Origin: a virus
Taxonomy: Duplodnaviria > Caudoviricetes
Strand: one strand, 5' to 3'
IMG/VR virus record: IMGVR_UViG_2630968963_000002
Location: 4,204-68,203 of that record
DNA length: 64,000 nucleotides
In this document: positions 38,484-48,379 of the stretch, one piece after another
How the letters are laid out: the number at the start of each line of letters is the position of its first letter
Position numbering within the stretch: the stretch's first letter is position 1
Program-made: the position numbers and the translations under genes
Notes under the pieces: generated by a model
Database searches by the model: none
The model's input: the letters and a program-made list of their open reading frames with translations, nothing else
What the model was told of the DNA's origin: nothing

Positions 38484-41360
38484 CTAGATTGTTATTCCTT
38501 GCCTTTTCAGTTGTCTAAGTATATCAATTATTTTACTTCTAAATATTGTATTTCCATCTAAGTTGATAACTATATCTCCTGTATATGTATCACCTTTTTG
38601 TTGATTATAATTATTACTAAATCCTTGAACAAAATCATTTCCAAAGTTCATTCTTGAAACTAATCTATTAGCTATTAAATCAAGTGCTCCAGTGTTGTTT
38701 TCAAGTGGTAAAACTACCTCTTTACCAGCTTCACCTATCATTGATAACGTTGGACTGTCTATTAAACCACCTTTAGCAAGATAAGGTATCTTAGGCGCTT
38801 TCCAAGTCCTCCCACCAAATATCGGTACCCAATCTGGAACAGTAAATTTAATCTTACCTAATACAGCATTGTTTATCTGTTTTATAATTCCATTTATAGT
38901 ACTTTTTACATTACTAGCTGTTGTCTTTACTTTTAATGCAATACTAAAAGCCCATGACCTTATTTTAGATTTAGTACTATTATAAGCTAATTTTACCTTA
39001 TCATAAAAAGAACCTACTTTAGCTCCTACACCTAACGCCCAGCTTTTAATTGATTTTTTTGCATCTTCGTATCTTTCTTTTGCTCTATCATAAAATGAAG
39101 CTACTTTTGCTCCAAGAGAAAGTGCCCAATTCTTTATAGATGTTTTAGCATGGTTATATCGTTCCTTCGCTTTATCATAAAATGAAGCTACTTTTGCTCC
39201 TGCTTCTAATAACTTATCCTTCATCCAATTCTTAGCACTATCATATCCTTCTTTTGCTTTATCATAAAAAGAACCTACTTTTGCAGCTATTTCTAAAGCC
39301 TTATCTTTAATCCAATCTTTTACTTCTTCCCACTTTTCTAAAGCTTTTTCCTTAAAATCTTCTACTCTTGAAGCTATGTTGATTACAAATTCTTTTACTG
39401 CATCTACTATCTCGTCCCACTTTTTCTTTATATCATCTTTAAGCTTTTTAAATTTATCTGTAACACTTTTACAAAAATCTGTAAATTCTTTTTTCTTTTT
39501 ATCTACCCACTTTTTGAAATTAAAATTTTTAATTTTCTTCCAATCTTTTTGTAAATCCTTACAGAATTTTAAAAATATCTTACCGACTGCTTTTATACTT
39601 GGACACATTTTTTGTAAATCTTTCATAAAATCGCCAGCTAAAACTTCTACAACTTTGAGAACTACTTTTGCAATTAATTTAAATGCTCCACCAAGTACAG
39701 TCCCTACTATATCAGCCAAAGTTTTAAATAATATACTAAATCCTTCTAACCATGGCGATAATGCGTCTTTTATAGCTTTCCATGTCTTAATCACATTATT
39801 TCTAAAATCTTTGTTTGTTTGCCAAAGATATGTTATTGCTCCTACTACAATTCCTATAACTGCTGCTATACCAACAACCACTGGATTAATACCTAACAAC
39901 CCTTGTATTATAGGTCTAACTCCAAACCTTTTTATCCCTAATGCAACTTCTTTTACAAAGGTTATAACTTTTTTAAGAGGTTTGAATCCTTTTGATACTT
40001 TAGATACAATACTACTCCATTTTGATATAACAAAATAGGAACCAACTCCAGCAAGTAATCCTGCACATATTGCTATAATTGCTTCCTTTCTATCAAGAAT
40101 ATATTTCTTCATATTATCAAATACTTTTTTGATTTTTTCCACTTTAGCTTCTAAACCTGATGTCTCTATTTTACTTCCTATATCCACAGTTGGTATATTT
40201 CCTATTCCTAAATCGCCTACACTACCAACTCCACCAGCAGAGGGTGTTGAACCTCCTATACTTGGTAAATTATTAGTTTCGCCTGTTTTATTAGAAGTTA
40301 AATTATTTATTTCATCTAATCCACTTATTAGTCCTTTTATTTCTTTCTTCGCTTTTTTAGCACTTGCTCCAGCTTTTTTAGTAGCTTTACTAGCCTTATT
40401 TAATCCTTTACTAGCATTTGTTGAACTAGATCCAACATTGCCTAAAGAAGTACTTAATCCCTTTGGAGTAGTACCTAAAGAGTTACTTACATTAGTTGCT
40501 CCTTTCTGTGCTTTACCAAAGAGGGCTTCTGTTATAGCCGAGAAATAAGCTGCAAAAACTTGTAACTTACTTATAACAACATTTAATACTTTTATAACGG
40601 GTAAGAATATATTAATTAATCCTTGTCCCATAGTAGCTTTAAAACTTTCAAATCTTAATTGCATAACTCTAATCTGGTTAGCCCATGAGTCACTAGTTTT
40701 AGCAAAATCTCCTTGAGCTAGAGATAATTGTTGCAAAACAAAGTTATATCTTAAAGCAACTTTTTCTTGTTCTGACATCTTAGCTGTAGTTACTCCATAA
40801 CCATTTGCTAAAGCATATTGGTCCAGTGCATTTTGTGTCATTACTACCCCAAGCTCTTTAAGTGTTTCAGTCTCACCAGTGAATACAGATTTTAATTTAG
40901 TGTATGCTTCATCACTTGTCATATTGTAAAAAGAGGCTACATCACCAGCTAATCCAGTTAAAGTTGTACTCATGTTGTATGCTTCTTGCTCTGTGAACCC
41001 AAAAGATTTTGCCATGGCTCCTAGAGTACCAGTGTATTTTTTAGCTATTGTTTCAGAAAGTCCAAAATCATTTATAGCATTCTTAGCAAATTGATTTACA
41101 CTATTACTCATACTTGTAAAAGTAGTATCTACAACATTTTGAACCTCTGCCAAGTCACTTCCTAACTGAATACAACTCTTACCAAACTTATAAATAACTG
41201 TTGTTGCAAGTGCTGTAGCTATTGTTTTCTTTACAGTACTCATTACATTAGATACATTTCCCATAACTCTATTAGTTTGGTTCTGTACAGTATTTAATTG
41301 TCTTGTATAATTAGAGGAATCAGCTGTAATTCTTACATTCAATTCACCTATAGTTGACAT
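38484..41360 (-). CDS. Tail tape measure protein
   Basis: 958 aa; SDLAEVQNVVD, GETETLKELG, LAKGGLIDSPTL. Confidence 0.93.
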   Translation of the reverse strand: MSTIGELNVRITADSSNYTRQLNTVQNQTNRVMGNVSNVMSTVKKTIATALATTVIYKFGKSCIQLGSDLAEVQNVVDTTFTSMSNSVNQFAKNAINDFGLSETIAKKYTGTLGAMAKSFGFTEQEAYNMSTTLTGLAGDVASFYNMTSDEAYTKLKSVFTGETETLKELGVVMTQNALDQYALANGYGVTTAKMSEQEKVALRYNFVLQQLSLAQGDFAKTSDSWANQIRVMQLRFESFKATMGQGLINIFLPVIKVLNVVISKLQVFAAYFSAITEALFGKAQKGATNVSNSLGTTPKGLSTSLGNVGSSSTNASKGLNKASKATKKAGASAKKAKKEIKGLISGLDEINNLTSNKTGETNNLPSIGGSTPSAGGVGSVGDLGIGNIPTVDIGSKIETSGLEAKVEKIKKVFDNMKKYILDRKEAIIAICAGLLAGVGSYFVISKWSSIVSKVSKGFKPLKKVITFVKEVALGIKRFGVRPIIQGLLGINPVVVGIAAVIGIVVGAITYLWQTNKDFRNNVIKTWKAIKDALSPWLEGFSILFKTLADIVGTVLGGAFKLIAKVVLKVVEVLAGDFMKDLQKMCPSIKAVGKIFLKFCKDLQKDWKKIKNFNFKKWVDKKKKEFTDFCKSVTDKFKKLKDDIKKKWDEIVDAVKEFVINIASRVEDFKEKALEKWEEVKDWIKDKALEIAAKVGSFYDKAKEGYDSAKNWMKDKLLEAGAKVASFYDKAKERYNHAKTSIKNWALSLGAKVASFYDRAKERYEDAKKSIKSWALGVGAKVGSFYDKVKLAYNSTKSKIRSWAFSIALKVKTTASNVKSTINGIIKQINNAVLGKIKFTVPDWVPIFGGRTWKAPKIPYLAKGGLIDSPTLSMIGEAGKEVVLPLENNTGALDLIANRLVSRMNFGNDFVQGFSNNYNQQKGDTYTGDIVINLDGNTIFRSKIIDILRQLKRQGITI
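38990..39350 (-). repeat. 87-bp (29 aa) tandem repeats in tape measure gene
   Basis: TCATAAAA.GAA.CTACTTT at 39001, 39088, 39175, 39262; AKV(G/A)SFYD(K/R). Confidence 0.85.
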
Positions 41361-41362
41361 TA

Positions 41363-41728
41363 CTATTCCTCCTTTCTTCTATTGTTGTACTCTTCTGAAT
41401 ATGCCATAAATCTTGCTTTATGTAGCTGCCATTGATTTTCTGCAATTTTTCTTTGAGCTTCTTCTCTTTCTTCTTTAAAAAGTTCTGGCATTAAATCATA
41501 TATATCAGTTACTTTTGCATCTTTAGAGAATATACAAGCCACATTTTCAGCTACCTGTCTTGCTAATACAGAATTAGAAATTAACTTTGTTTTAAGTTCA
41601 TAAATTTCTTTTTCTGCTTCTCTTTCTTTAACTCTTTGATTACTTTCAATAAGGTCATAAACTTCCTGTAAGCTTAAGTCCCAAAAAAAAGAAGGAGTGT
41701 AACCCAAATCCAAAAAGCTTGGGTACAC
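41363..41728 (-). CDS. Tail assembly chaperone, downstream (-1) frame
   Basis: LGYTPSFFWDLSLQEV; frame open back to slippery site at 41815-41824. Confidence 0.8.
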   Translation of the reverse strand: MYPSFLDLGYTPSFFWDLSLQEVYDLIESNQRVKEREAEKEIYELKTKLISNSVLARQVAENVACIFSKDAKVTDIYDLMPELFKEEREEAQRKIAENQWQLHKARFMAYSEEYNNRRKEE

Positions 41729-41760
41729 TTCTTCTATTAAATCACTAATTGTATTTATTG

Positions 41761-42147
41761 TTACTGATCTACCTCTTCCATGCTCTTCTCCATCTCCTCC
41801 GCCATTGAATGAGTAAAAAAACCCGATACAGTAAATATTCCTAAATATATCTTTTGATAGAAGTCTAACTGTGAACCACCTTCTTCACAATATCTATCGA
41901 ATAAATCATATACCTTTTCTAGCTTTATTCCATGATGCCAGTCTTTCATAGCTGCATGAGTTACTTGTAGCATAATATTTAATGGTGGTAAATTATCTCC
42001 TATTTGAATTAAGTTCATCAGTCCAGTTTGATATTTTTCTTCCAATTTAACTATCGCAGAAGTTTTAAGCTTTAACTTATATTCTTCTTCTCCTACTTCC
42101 CATATTTCAAATGGTTTTCTTGTATTTTCAATCATATTATCTCTCAC
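41761..42147 (-). CDS. Tail assembly chaperone (DUF6096-like)
   Basis: After major tail gene; VSGFF encoded by G GGT TTT TTT. Confidence 0.82.
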   Translation of the reverse strand: MRDNMIENTRKPFEIWEVGEEEYKLKLKTSAIVKLEEKYQTGLMNLIQIGDNLPPLNIMLQVTHAAMKDWHHGIKLEKVYDLFDRYCEEGGSQLDFYQKIYLGIFTVSGFFTHSMAEEMEKSMEEVDQ

Positions 42148-42190
42148 CTTCTATTATATTTTTTCTAGTATCGCACTTTCTAAAAATGCA

Positions 42191-42589
42191 TTAACTGGGG
42201 TCGGCCCAAGTAAGCTCAGATTGAAGTGCCATTGATGTTGTTATTGCTATTGGATCATTAACCGAACCTCCACCTAGTTTATTAGATACTTCTGCTGAGA
42301 AACTCACTGATGCTCCATCTGGATAAGTAACTTTAAAGTTTGTTGGTTTAGATGCACTTTCAAATCCTCTAAGAACTTTCCAAACTGCATTAGTATACTT
42401 GAATTTAAATTCCATATCTCCAGCATCACCAATACCTTTTTCATATTGTTTTACTGAATCACTTAAACAAGTATTTTCCACCTTTTCAGGCTCAACCCCT
42501 ATATCTGGAACTTCTTGAAGTCCTTCTATGTCTGTGTATGAAGTTGTGCCACTTGTGCTATATCCTATTTTTATTCCATTTGCTAACAT
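42191..42589 (-). CDS. Major tail (tube) protein
   Basis: MLANG..LQEVPDIG.EPEKVENTCL..GIGDAG..YPDG. Confidence 0.88.
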   Translation of the reverse strand: MLANGIKIGYSTSGTTSYTDIEGLQEVPDIGVEPEKVENTCLSDSVKQYEKGIGDAGDMEFKFKYTNAVWKVLRGFESASKPTNFKVTYPDGASVSFSAEVSNKLGGGSVNDPIAITTSMALQSELTWADPS

Positions 42590-42608
42590 AAATTATCACC
42601 TTTCTTTT

Positions 42609-42947
42609 CTAATCCTCTATATAAACTATATAATTTACACTAAATTCTGCATTGCCTTTTTCATCTCTTCCAATATAAAAAGGACTTTGTTGAGGATTAA
42701 ATCCTACTTGCTTATTTAGTATCTCGTATATATTTCTTATTATTTCAAATCCTTTTTCATAACTTTTATTCCTTACTATAACTTGTAATCCAGGTCTCTC
42801 TAACTTCTGATTGTCAAAGTATAAAGTTGCTGGTTGTCCAGCTGTAGCAAATAATCCTACACTATCGCTATCTGCTAGGCTTCCCATAGTTATATTTTCT
42901 TTTATATCATTTACTTCAAGTATTTCTTTAACTTTACTTATTAACAC
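42609..42947 (-). CDS. Tail terminator protein
   Basis: PGLQVIVR..QSPFYIGRDE; synteny. Confidence 0.75.
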   Translation of the reverse strand: MLISKVKEILEVNDIKENITMGSLADSDSVGLFATAGQPATLYFDNQKLERPGLQVIVRNKSYEKGFEIIRNIYEILNKQVGFNPQQSPFYIGRDEKGNAEFSVNYIVYIED

Positions 42948-43296
42948 TTTTTATCACTTCCTTTATTGCCTTTATATATCCATCTTTATTTTCATTAAAA
43001 GGACTTTCTAGGAATTTAGGCCCACCACCAAGTGGATGGTGATACTCTAAATGTTCATGCTGTTTTCGTGTATAAGGTAAACTTGAACCTACTATATATC
43101 CATTTGGTATTTTCCTAGGGACTGCAAGTTCTCCTCTTAAATCTCCAAACTTAACTGGTGCTGCTTCGCTCGATTTACTAGCAAAATCTAAAGCAATATC
43201 AGTTAATTCTTTTTTTACTTCTTCTTCTGTTTGTTGCCTAAGTCTTGCCAAGTTATTATTTAATTCATCAATACCTCTAATATTAAAATTACTCAT
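42934..43296 (-). CDS. HK97 gp10-like neck protein
   Basis: APVKFGDLR..PY...QHE..PKFLE. Confidence 0.8.
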   Translation of the reverse strand: MSNFNIRGIDELNNNLARLRQQTEEEVKKELTDIALDFASKSSEAAPVKFGDLRGELAVPRKIPNGYIVGSSLPYTRKQHEHLEYHHPLGGGPKFLESPFNENKDGYIKAIKEVIKSVNK

Positions 43297-43574
43297 AGTA
43301 AATAACCTCTATATCCAACTATTCCATCCAATGAAGTCATATAGCTTACAGATATAACCTTCCTATCATTTATTAAGTCTCCAGTTTTAATATGCTCTAC
43401 ACATTGTATTACTCCACTTGATACAACTTCTTCACCTTTAGAATTAGTGATTACTTTAAACTTATCAACTAACCTACAAAGTATTTCTTTTTCCTCAAAT
43501 ACAGGTTCATTATATACATTAGTTCCTCTTTTAGATTTATAAGTACAAACTTGACCTAAATAATCACTTAACAT
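43293..43574 (-). CDS. Head closure protein
   Basis: Synteny and size. Confidence 0.7.
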   Translation of the reverse strand: MLSDYLGQVCTYKSKRGTNVYNEPVFEEKEILCRLVDKFKVITNSKGEEVVSSGVIQCVEHIKTGDLINDRKVISVSYMTSLDGIVGYRGYLL

Positions 43575-43942
43575 ATTGATACACTTCCTAACAAATAAGG
43601 TTTTAAGTACTCTATGGCTTCACTACATACTTTATTCTTAACTTTAGAAATATCATAACTTTCACTAAGCCCTTCTACTGAAAAACTTGTTACTCCTTGT
43701 TCAATCAATTTAGCTCTCTGACTATTAGCTGTTTGAATTAAATATAATGCTTGTTCACATATAGCTTTTTTTACTGCATCATCTTTTAAATCATCAATAT
43801 ACCTACTAAATTTAAGTCTTTGTATTTGACTAGTAGCCATTTTTATAGCTTGATTTTGTTTATTTGATTCTGCATTTATAAAGTCATCTCCAAATAATCT
43901 TTCATTATGAAAATAACTTAGTGCATCTTCTGTATTTATCAT
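43568..43942 (-). CDS. Head-tail connector
   Basis: VKKAICEQAL..QGVTSFSVEGLSESY. Confidence 0.8.
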   Translation of the reverse strand: MINTEDALSYFHNERLFGDDFINAESNKQNQAIKMATSQIQRLKFSRYIDDLKDDAVKKAICEQALYLIQTANSQRAKLIEQGVTSFSVEGLSESYDISKVKNKVCSEAIEYLKPYLLGSVSIC

Positions 43943-43977
43943 ACTCTCACCTACTTAAAAATTAAAAAGAAGCTAGG

Positions 43978-44160
43978 TTACCCTAACTTCTCTATTAATT
44001 GAGATTTATTCAATTTTGAATACCCTTCTATTCCTTGCTCTTTAGCTATTATTTTTAATTCTGCTAAAGTCATGGTCGAATAATCTATACCTTGTGGTCC
44101 TTCCACATCTTCCACTTCACTCATTAATGAGATACTTGAAGCTTCTGGTATGCTAGGCAC
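43978..44160 (-). CDS. Small Rho-N/HeH-like domain ORF overlapping capsid stop
   Basis: MTLAELKIIAKEQGIEGYSKLNKSQLIEKL; no SD before the GTG. Confidence 0.7.
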   Translation of the reverse strand: MPSIPEASSISLMSEVEDVEGPQGIDYSTMTLAELKIIAKEQGIEGYSKLNKSQLIEKLG

Positions 44161-45040
44161 TGTACTTTACAACAAATTTTATTGCATTATGTTTTTTGTC
44201 TAATATAAATACGTCTTCAAAAGATTCTTCAAAGTATACATATTTACCTTGAGTAACAGCACTTGGTGCTTGTAATTGTGCAAACTCATAAGAAACTATA
44301 GGTAATACCGCACTTGGATGAACTAAACACATAGCTATATCTTTAGCAGATCCACCTACACTAAATCCATCATTAAAAGTATATTCAGTCTTCATTAATT
44401 TAGTTGGCACAGATATTACCTCAACTTCATCAAGCCTTGAAACTCCTCTTAATAAAGTTTTATCTCCATTTGCTCTTACTATTGTCATAGCATTATCTAT
44501 TAATGTTTTTGTGAAGGTGTCAACATATAATATTCTTCCAGTAGAAGGAACTAACGCTTCATCCATTTCATCCATTAATTTATCAAATACTTTTAATACT
44601 GTATCTTCTGTCAGTTCTGCATCCTCAGGAGTTATAGCTTCTTTACCATTTTTTAATTTATATAAATTAGATATTAAGTAAGCATCCATTTCTGGGAACT
44701 TTTCAGTTTCATTCATTGTCTTAGTAATATTTGTTATAGAAGCTACTTGATTAGTTTCGTCTACATCTCTAGGGTGAACTAAGGTTTCCCATGTCCTATG
44801 ATTTTTTAATGTCTTAGTTTCCCATGCATTATTAAAGTTTCTAGAGAATTGACCTATAGTATCTCTATCTCCATTTTTTCTTCCTCCTACAGATAAAGTA
44901 GGTATTTGTATAGTTTTTGCATCTACTATTCTATATTTGGATGAATTCTCGGTACTCCACAATCTACCAAAGTGTAGTACATTAGGATAAGCATTTGCTA
45001 ATGCTTGTGAATATTGTTGTGCGTAATTTAATGCTGCCAT
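44153..45040 (-). CDS. Major capsid protein
   Basis: 295 aa after scaffold; homologous to prophage 1 capsid. Confidence 0.92.
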   Translation of the reverse strand: MAALNYAQQYSQALANAYPNVLHFGRLWSTENSSKYRIVDAKTIQIPTLSVGGRKNGDRDTIGQFSRNFNNAWETKTLKNHRTWETLVHPRDVDETNQVASITNITKTMNETEKFPEMDAYLISNLYKLKNGKEAITPEDAELTEDTVLKVFDKLMDEMDEALVPSTGRILYVDTFTKTLIDNAMTIVRANGDKTLLRGVSRLDEVEVISVPTKLMKTEYTFNDGFSVGGSAKDIAMCLVHPSAVLPIVSYEFAQLQAPSAVTQGKYVYFEESFEDVFILDKKHNAIKFVVKYSA

Positions 45041-45058
45041 TTTTTATTTCTCCTTTAT

Positions 45059-45625
45059 TTATCTTATTTTCGTAAAATTAAAATTAAATCCATCTTTAGA
45101 TTCTGCTCCTTCTCCAGGAGGATTAAAGCCACTTCCTGAAGGTGTTTGTTGTTCAGCTTCAAATAAATATGAAGCTTCTTTTTTTAGTACTTCTAATTGA
45201 GTTTCTAACCCTTCTAATTTACCATCTTGGTATTTTACTTCATCAAGATTCAATAAAGCTTTTAAAGCTTTGCTATTTTTACATTTTGCTGTAGATAGTG
45301 CACCGTCTAAAGCAAAATCGAATTGAAGTTTATTCATTTCATTTAAATGTTTTTCTTCTAATTCTTTATTTGAAAGTTGCAACTGTTCAAGCTGTTTTTT
45401 TAGTTCTTCATTATCTGTATTATTTTTAGATAACTCTTTTAATTGCTTTTCATAAACCTTTGAAGCTTCTTCTAATTGCTTCTTTTGTTCTTGTAGCTTG
45501 TCATATCTAACATCTACATTCTCTAATGAAGTAGTATATATTTTATTTTCCTTCATAGAGGTTGTAATTTTGTTTATTTGCTCGTCATTTAATCCTTGAG
45601 CTTTTAATATTTCTTGTATTGTCAT
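45059..45625 (-). CDS. Scaffolding protein (GP20-like)
   Basis: Coiled coil; KNSKALKALL..GLE.QL..LK...YLF. Confidence 0.88.
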   Translation of the reverse strand: MTIQEILKAQGLNDEQINKITTSMKENKIYTTSLENVDVRYDKLQEQKKQLEEASKVYEKQLKELSKNNTDNEELKKQLEQLQLSNKELEEKHLNEMNKLQFDFALDGALSTAKCKNSKALKALLNLDEVKYQDGKLEGLETQLEVLKKEASYLFEAEQQTPSGSGFNPPGEGAESKDGFNFNFTKIR

Positions 45626-45728
45626 AATATCCTCCTACGTTTTTATACGTGTTTACATCACCTAGAGTTTTTGCTAATTTGTTCTTTTACGTCTACAAAC
45701 AAGCTAAAAAAGACAATAAAAATAAGCC

Positions 45729-45977
45729 CTATAAGGACTTTATATTATCTATTTCAGATAAAGCTATCATCAATTTTCCTATTAACATAGTTAGCTTATC
45801 TTCATTTTCTTTAGTTTCTTCAGCAACATATAAGCTTGCCATTTCCTCATATAAATCAGCCATATCTCTGAATTGTTTAGCCGCTTTTAAAAATTTTTCT
45901 TTCGCTTTCTTGTCTTTCGATACTAAACTCTTATTTATAGCTCCACTAGCTAAACCAAATTTTTTTGAATAATTCAT
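45729..45977 (-). CDS. Small helical hypothetical protein
   Basis: Start MNYSKK directly after the upstream stop. Confidence 0.6.
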   Translation of the reverse strand: MNYSKKFGLASGAINKSLVSKDKKAKEKFLKAAKQFRDMADLYEEMASLYVAEETKENEDKLTMLIGKLMIALSEIDNIKSL

Positions 45978-45978
45978 A

Positions 45979-46248
45979 TTATTTAACCCTTTCAACTTTA
46001 TAATTTTCCCATTTCTTATACGCATCTACATACATTTCTCCTTTATCTCCATTGTATGTACACTCATAATACATTCCATCAAATAGAGTCGTACTAAGTA
46101 GTGCTTTATTATTTTGCAGTGCTTTGCAACTCCATACCATAAATACATCATCTATTGTAATTTCCTTTTTATCTGTTTTATCTAAATGTTTATTAGTATA
46201 GTTACATACCTCTTGCTTACACCATTGTAAAAATTCTTTTTCGTTCAT
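45979..46248 (-). CDS. DUF6275-like conserved phage protein
   Basis: VFMVWSCKALQNNKALLST..DGMYYE.TYNGDK.E.Y.DAYKKWEN. Confidence 0.75.
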   Translation of the reverse strand: MNEKEFLQWCKQEVCNYTNKHLDKTDKKEITIDDVFMVWSCKALQNNKALLSTTLFDGMYYECTYNGDKGEMYVDAYKKWENYKVERVK

Positions 46249-46441
46249 TATTTAATTCCCTCCTATTTACTAAATAATCCTTGAATACTTGCTCCTAAAA
46301 CAAGCAATAAAAAAGTGTACCTATGTACACCCAAAAGCTACTAAATATAAATTGTAAAACTTCTAACATAGTCATTCCTCCTATAATTTCCTACTAAATT
46401 TAAGCATAAAAAAAGCACCTACATCTCTTCTGTAAGTGCTT

Positions 46442-46831
46442 TTATTTTAGCAAATCACTATCTTCAATTAATTTTATATCCTCATAGATATATTTTTTAT
46501 CTTCATCTGTAAGATCACCATCATATTCGCCTGATTTAATAACTTTAATACTTCGTGCTATTTCATCTGATAGATTTTTACTTTCAGAATCTAATGATCC
46601 TGTTATAGATATCTTATCCGGTAGATTTTTAATATTATTTGATTCAACAGCATAAGCTCCTATTGCAATATAATGACAATCTCTCTCTATTGGCATTTCA
46701 TCAGACATATAGTAGTCATTTTCATAAGCTACTCTTGCTACACACCCTTTAAATTCTGAACAACTTCTAAGCGAAGAGTTTATTAGGCTAGCAACATCAT
46801 TCTTAATTTCTTCTAAGTATTCTAATTCCAT
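46442..46831 (-). CDS. Immunity protein (Imm3-like) for MuF deaminase
   Basis: Acidic 129 aa ORF immediately after the toxin domain, followed by a terminator. Confidence 0.7.
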   Translation of the reverse strand: MELEYLEEIKNDVASLINSSLRSCSEFKGCVARVAYENDYYMSDEMPIERDCHYIAIGAYAVESNNIKNLPDKISITGSLDSESKNLSDEIARSIKVIKSGEYDGDLTDEDKKYIYEDIKLIEDSDLLK

Positions 46832-46837
46832 TCTTAA

Positions 46838-48379
46838 TCACCTTCCTTTCCAACCATCAAAAGTTTTGCCAGATACAACATTAACTTTTATATTTGGATG
46901 CTTTTTTATGAATTGATTAGCTACACTTCTACAACTTTCACACATTTTCTTCTCAGAAAGCATAAATATTTCATTAATTTCTTCATTTTTTGCTACATCA
47001 TTCAAATATTCAAAGAATTTAGCTTCTGTATCATAATATCTAGGTACTTGGTTTACTTCACCATCAACTAAATCTCCTAAATCACTTGTTTTAAATACTC
47101 TACCTTCATCTTTTAATAATACTAACTCTTCCTTATCCCCTTTAAATTTTATATATTCTATATCAGTTTCATAAGCTATTCTACTTGAAGCGAATTTAGT
47201 ATAACCATTATACTGTAATACTGCAAAATTCCCTTGCTTCTTAAACTTAGAAGTTTGTTTATTTCTTTTCGTATCAAATGCAAGTTTATCTAGTTCTAAA
47301 ATTTTCTTTGAAGATACTTCTCCAAAATCAGCTTTATAAGAGTTAACTATCTTATATGATTGTTTTAACTCTCTCCATCTCTCACTATCATTATACTTTA
47401 TTTCCCTAAAACTTTGAAAACTTTTTGGTGCTTCTTCTTCCAAAACTTGTCTAAATGTTTCATATTGTTTTTTATCATTTCTTAGTCTAGCTTTTTTCTT
47501 CTGTTCTTCTAAATATTTATTTATACTTTCTTCTTTTTCTTTAGGGATTTCAAAAGGTTTATTACTATTTTTTATATCTTTTTCTACATCATTATATTTT
47601 TCAATATAAGGTGTTATTCTATGTCTACAACGTGGGTGAATATTGTTATAACCGTTATTAAATCCAGGTATAGTATTTAACTTAGGAAACCTTTTGTCTT
47701 TTCCACTAATACTATAGACTCTTCCTTCATAAGGTACACATACTGGACATGATGTAGAATGTTGTGTCATCTTAACTAAATCTTTTTCATGCTCTCCAGC
47801 TATATTTAATACACATGTATTCTGAGTTTCTGCTACTATGCTCCTACTTAATAATTCTGCATAACTAGTAAAAGGAATAACTCGACCTCTTTTGTCTGTT
47901 ATTCCTCCTAATCCTGTATCTATTAAACTATTTATTAATTCATTCTGCAGCTGCTTAATAGTTTGTCCAGTAGCAAATTTCATCTGAGTATCAGTAAGAC
48001 CTATATCTCTTATAGTGTCCTCTATTCTTCTCCCAACTTGATTATTAACTTCTGCAAAGTTGTTTATCATGTTATCACTTAAAAGTTCTATAGCTTGTGC
48101 GTGAAGCTGTACAAAGCTATCTCCTATACTCGATATACCTAAGACTTCCAATGAGTTATAATAAGCTTCCAAATATAACTCATTAACTATATCTTTGGTG
48201 TAATTAGCACTTTTCATTTGAAGTTGCATTAATTCAAGTTTTACTTGCTTTAACATAGCTTCATAGAAATCTGTAACATGACCTTTAACCTTCTTGGTGC
48301 TAATTATATTGATAAGTCTTTTTTCCGCTTGAGTATACATTTTGATAAGTTGATTTATTTTTTTATCATAGCTTTTCAT
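46838..48379 (-). CDS. Minor capsid (MuF) protein with C-terminal deaminase toxin domain
   Basis: CPVC..HPRCRH MuF; C-terminal RYYDTEAK...SEKKMCESC..V..QF (BURPS668_1122-type deaminase pattern). Confidence 0.88.
   Translation of the reverse strand: MKSYDKKINQLIKMYTQAEKRLINIISTKKVKGHVTDFYEAMLKQVKLELMQLQMKSANYTKDIVNELYLEAYYNSLEVLGISSIGDSFVQLHAQAIELLSDNMINNFAEVNNQVGRRIEDTIRDIGLTDTQMKFATGQTIKQLQNELINSLIDTGLGGITDKRGRVIPFTSYAELLSRSIVAETQNTCVLNIAGEHEKDLVKMTQHSTSCPVCVPYEGRVYSISGKDKRFPKLNTIPGFNNGYNNIHPRCRHRITPYIEKYNDVEKDIKNSNKPFEIPKEKEESINKYLEEQKKKARLRNDKKQYETFRQVLEEEAPKSFQSFREIKYNDSERWRELKQSYKIVNSYKADFGEVSSKKILELDKLAFDTKRNKQTSKFKKQGNFAVLQYNGYTKFASSRIAYETDIEYIKFKGDKEELVLLKDEGRVFKTSDLGDLVDGEVNQVPRYYDTEAKFFEYLNDVAKNEEINEIFMLSEKKMCESCRSVANQFIKKHPNIKVNVVSGKTFDGWKGR

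Noticed and set aside
42145-42200. +1 extension of the major tail protein at CCC AGT TAA
   Set aside because: The alternative frame adds only ~14 residues with no recognisable domain
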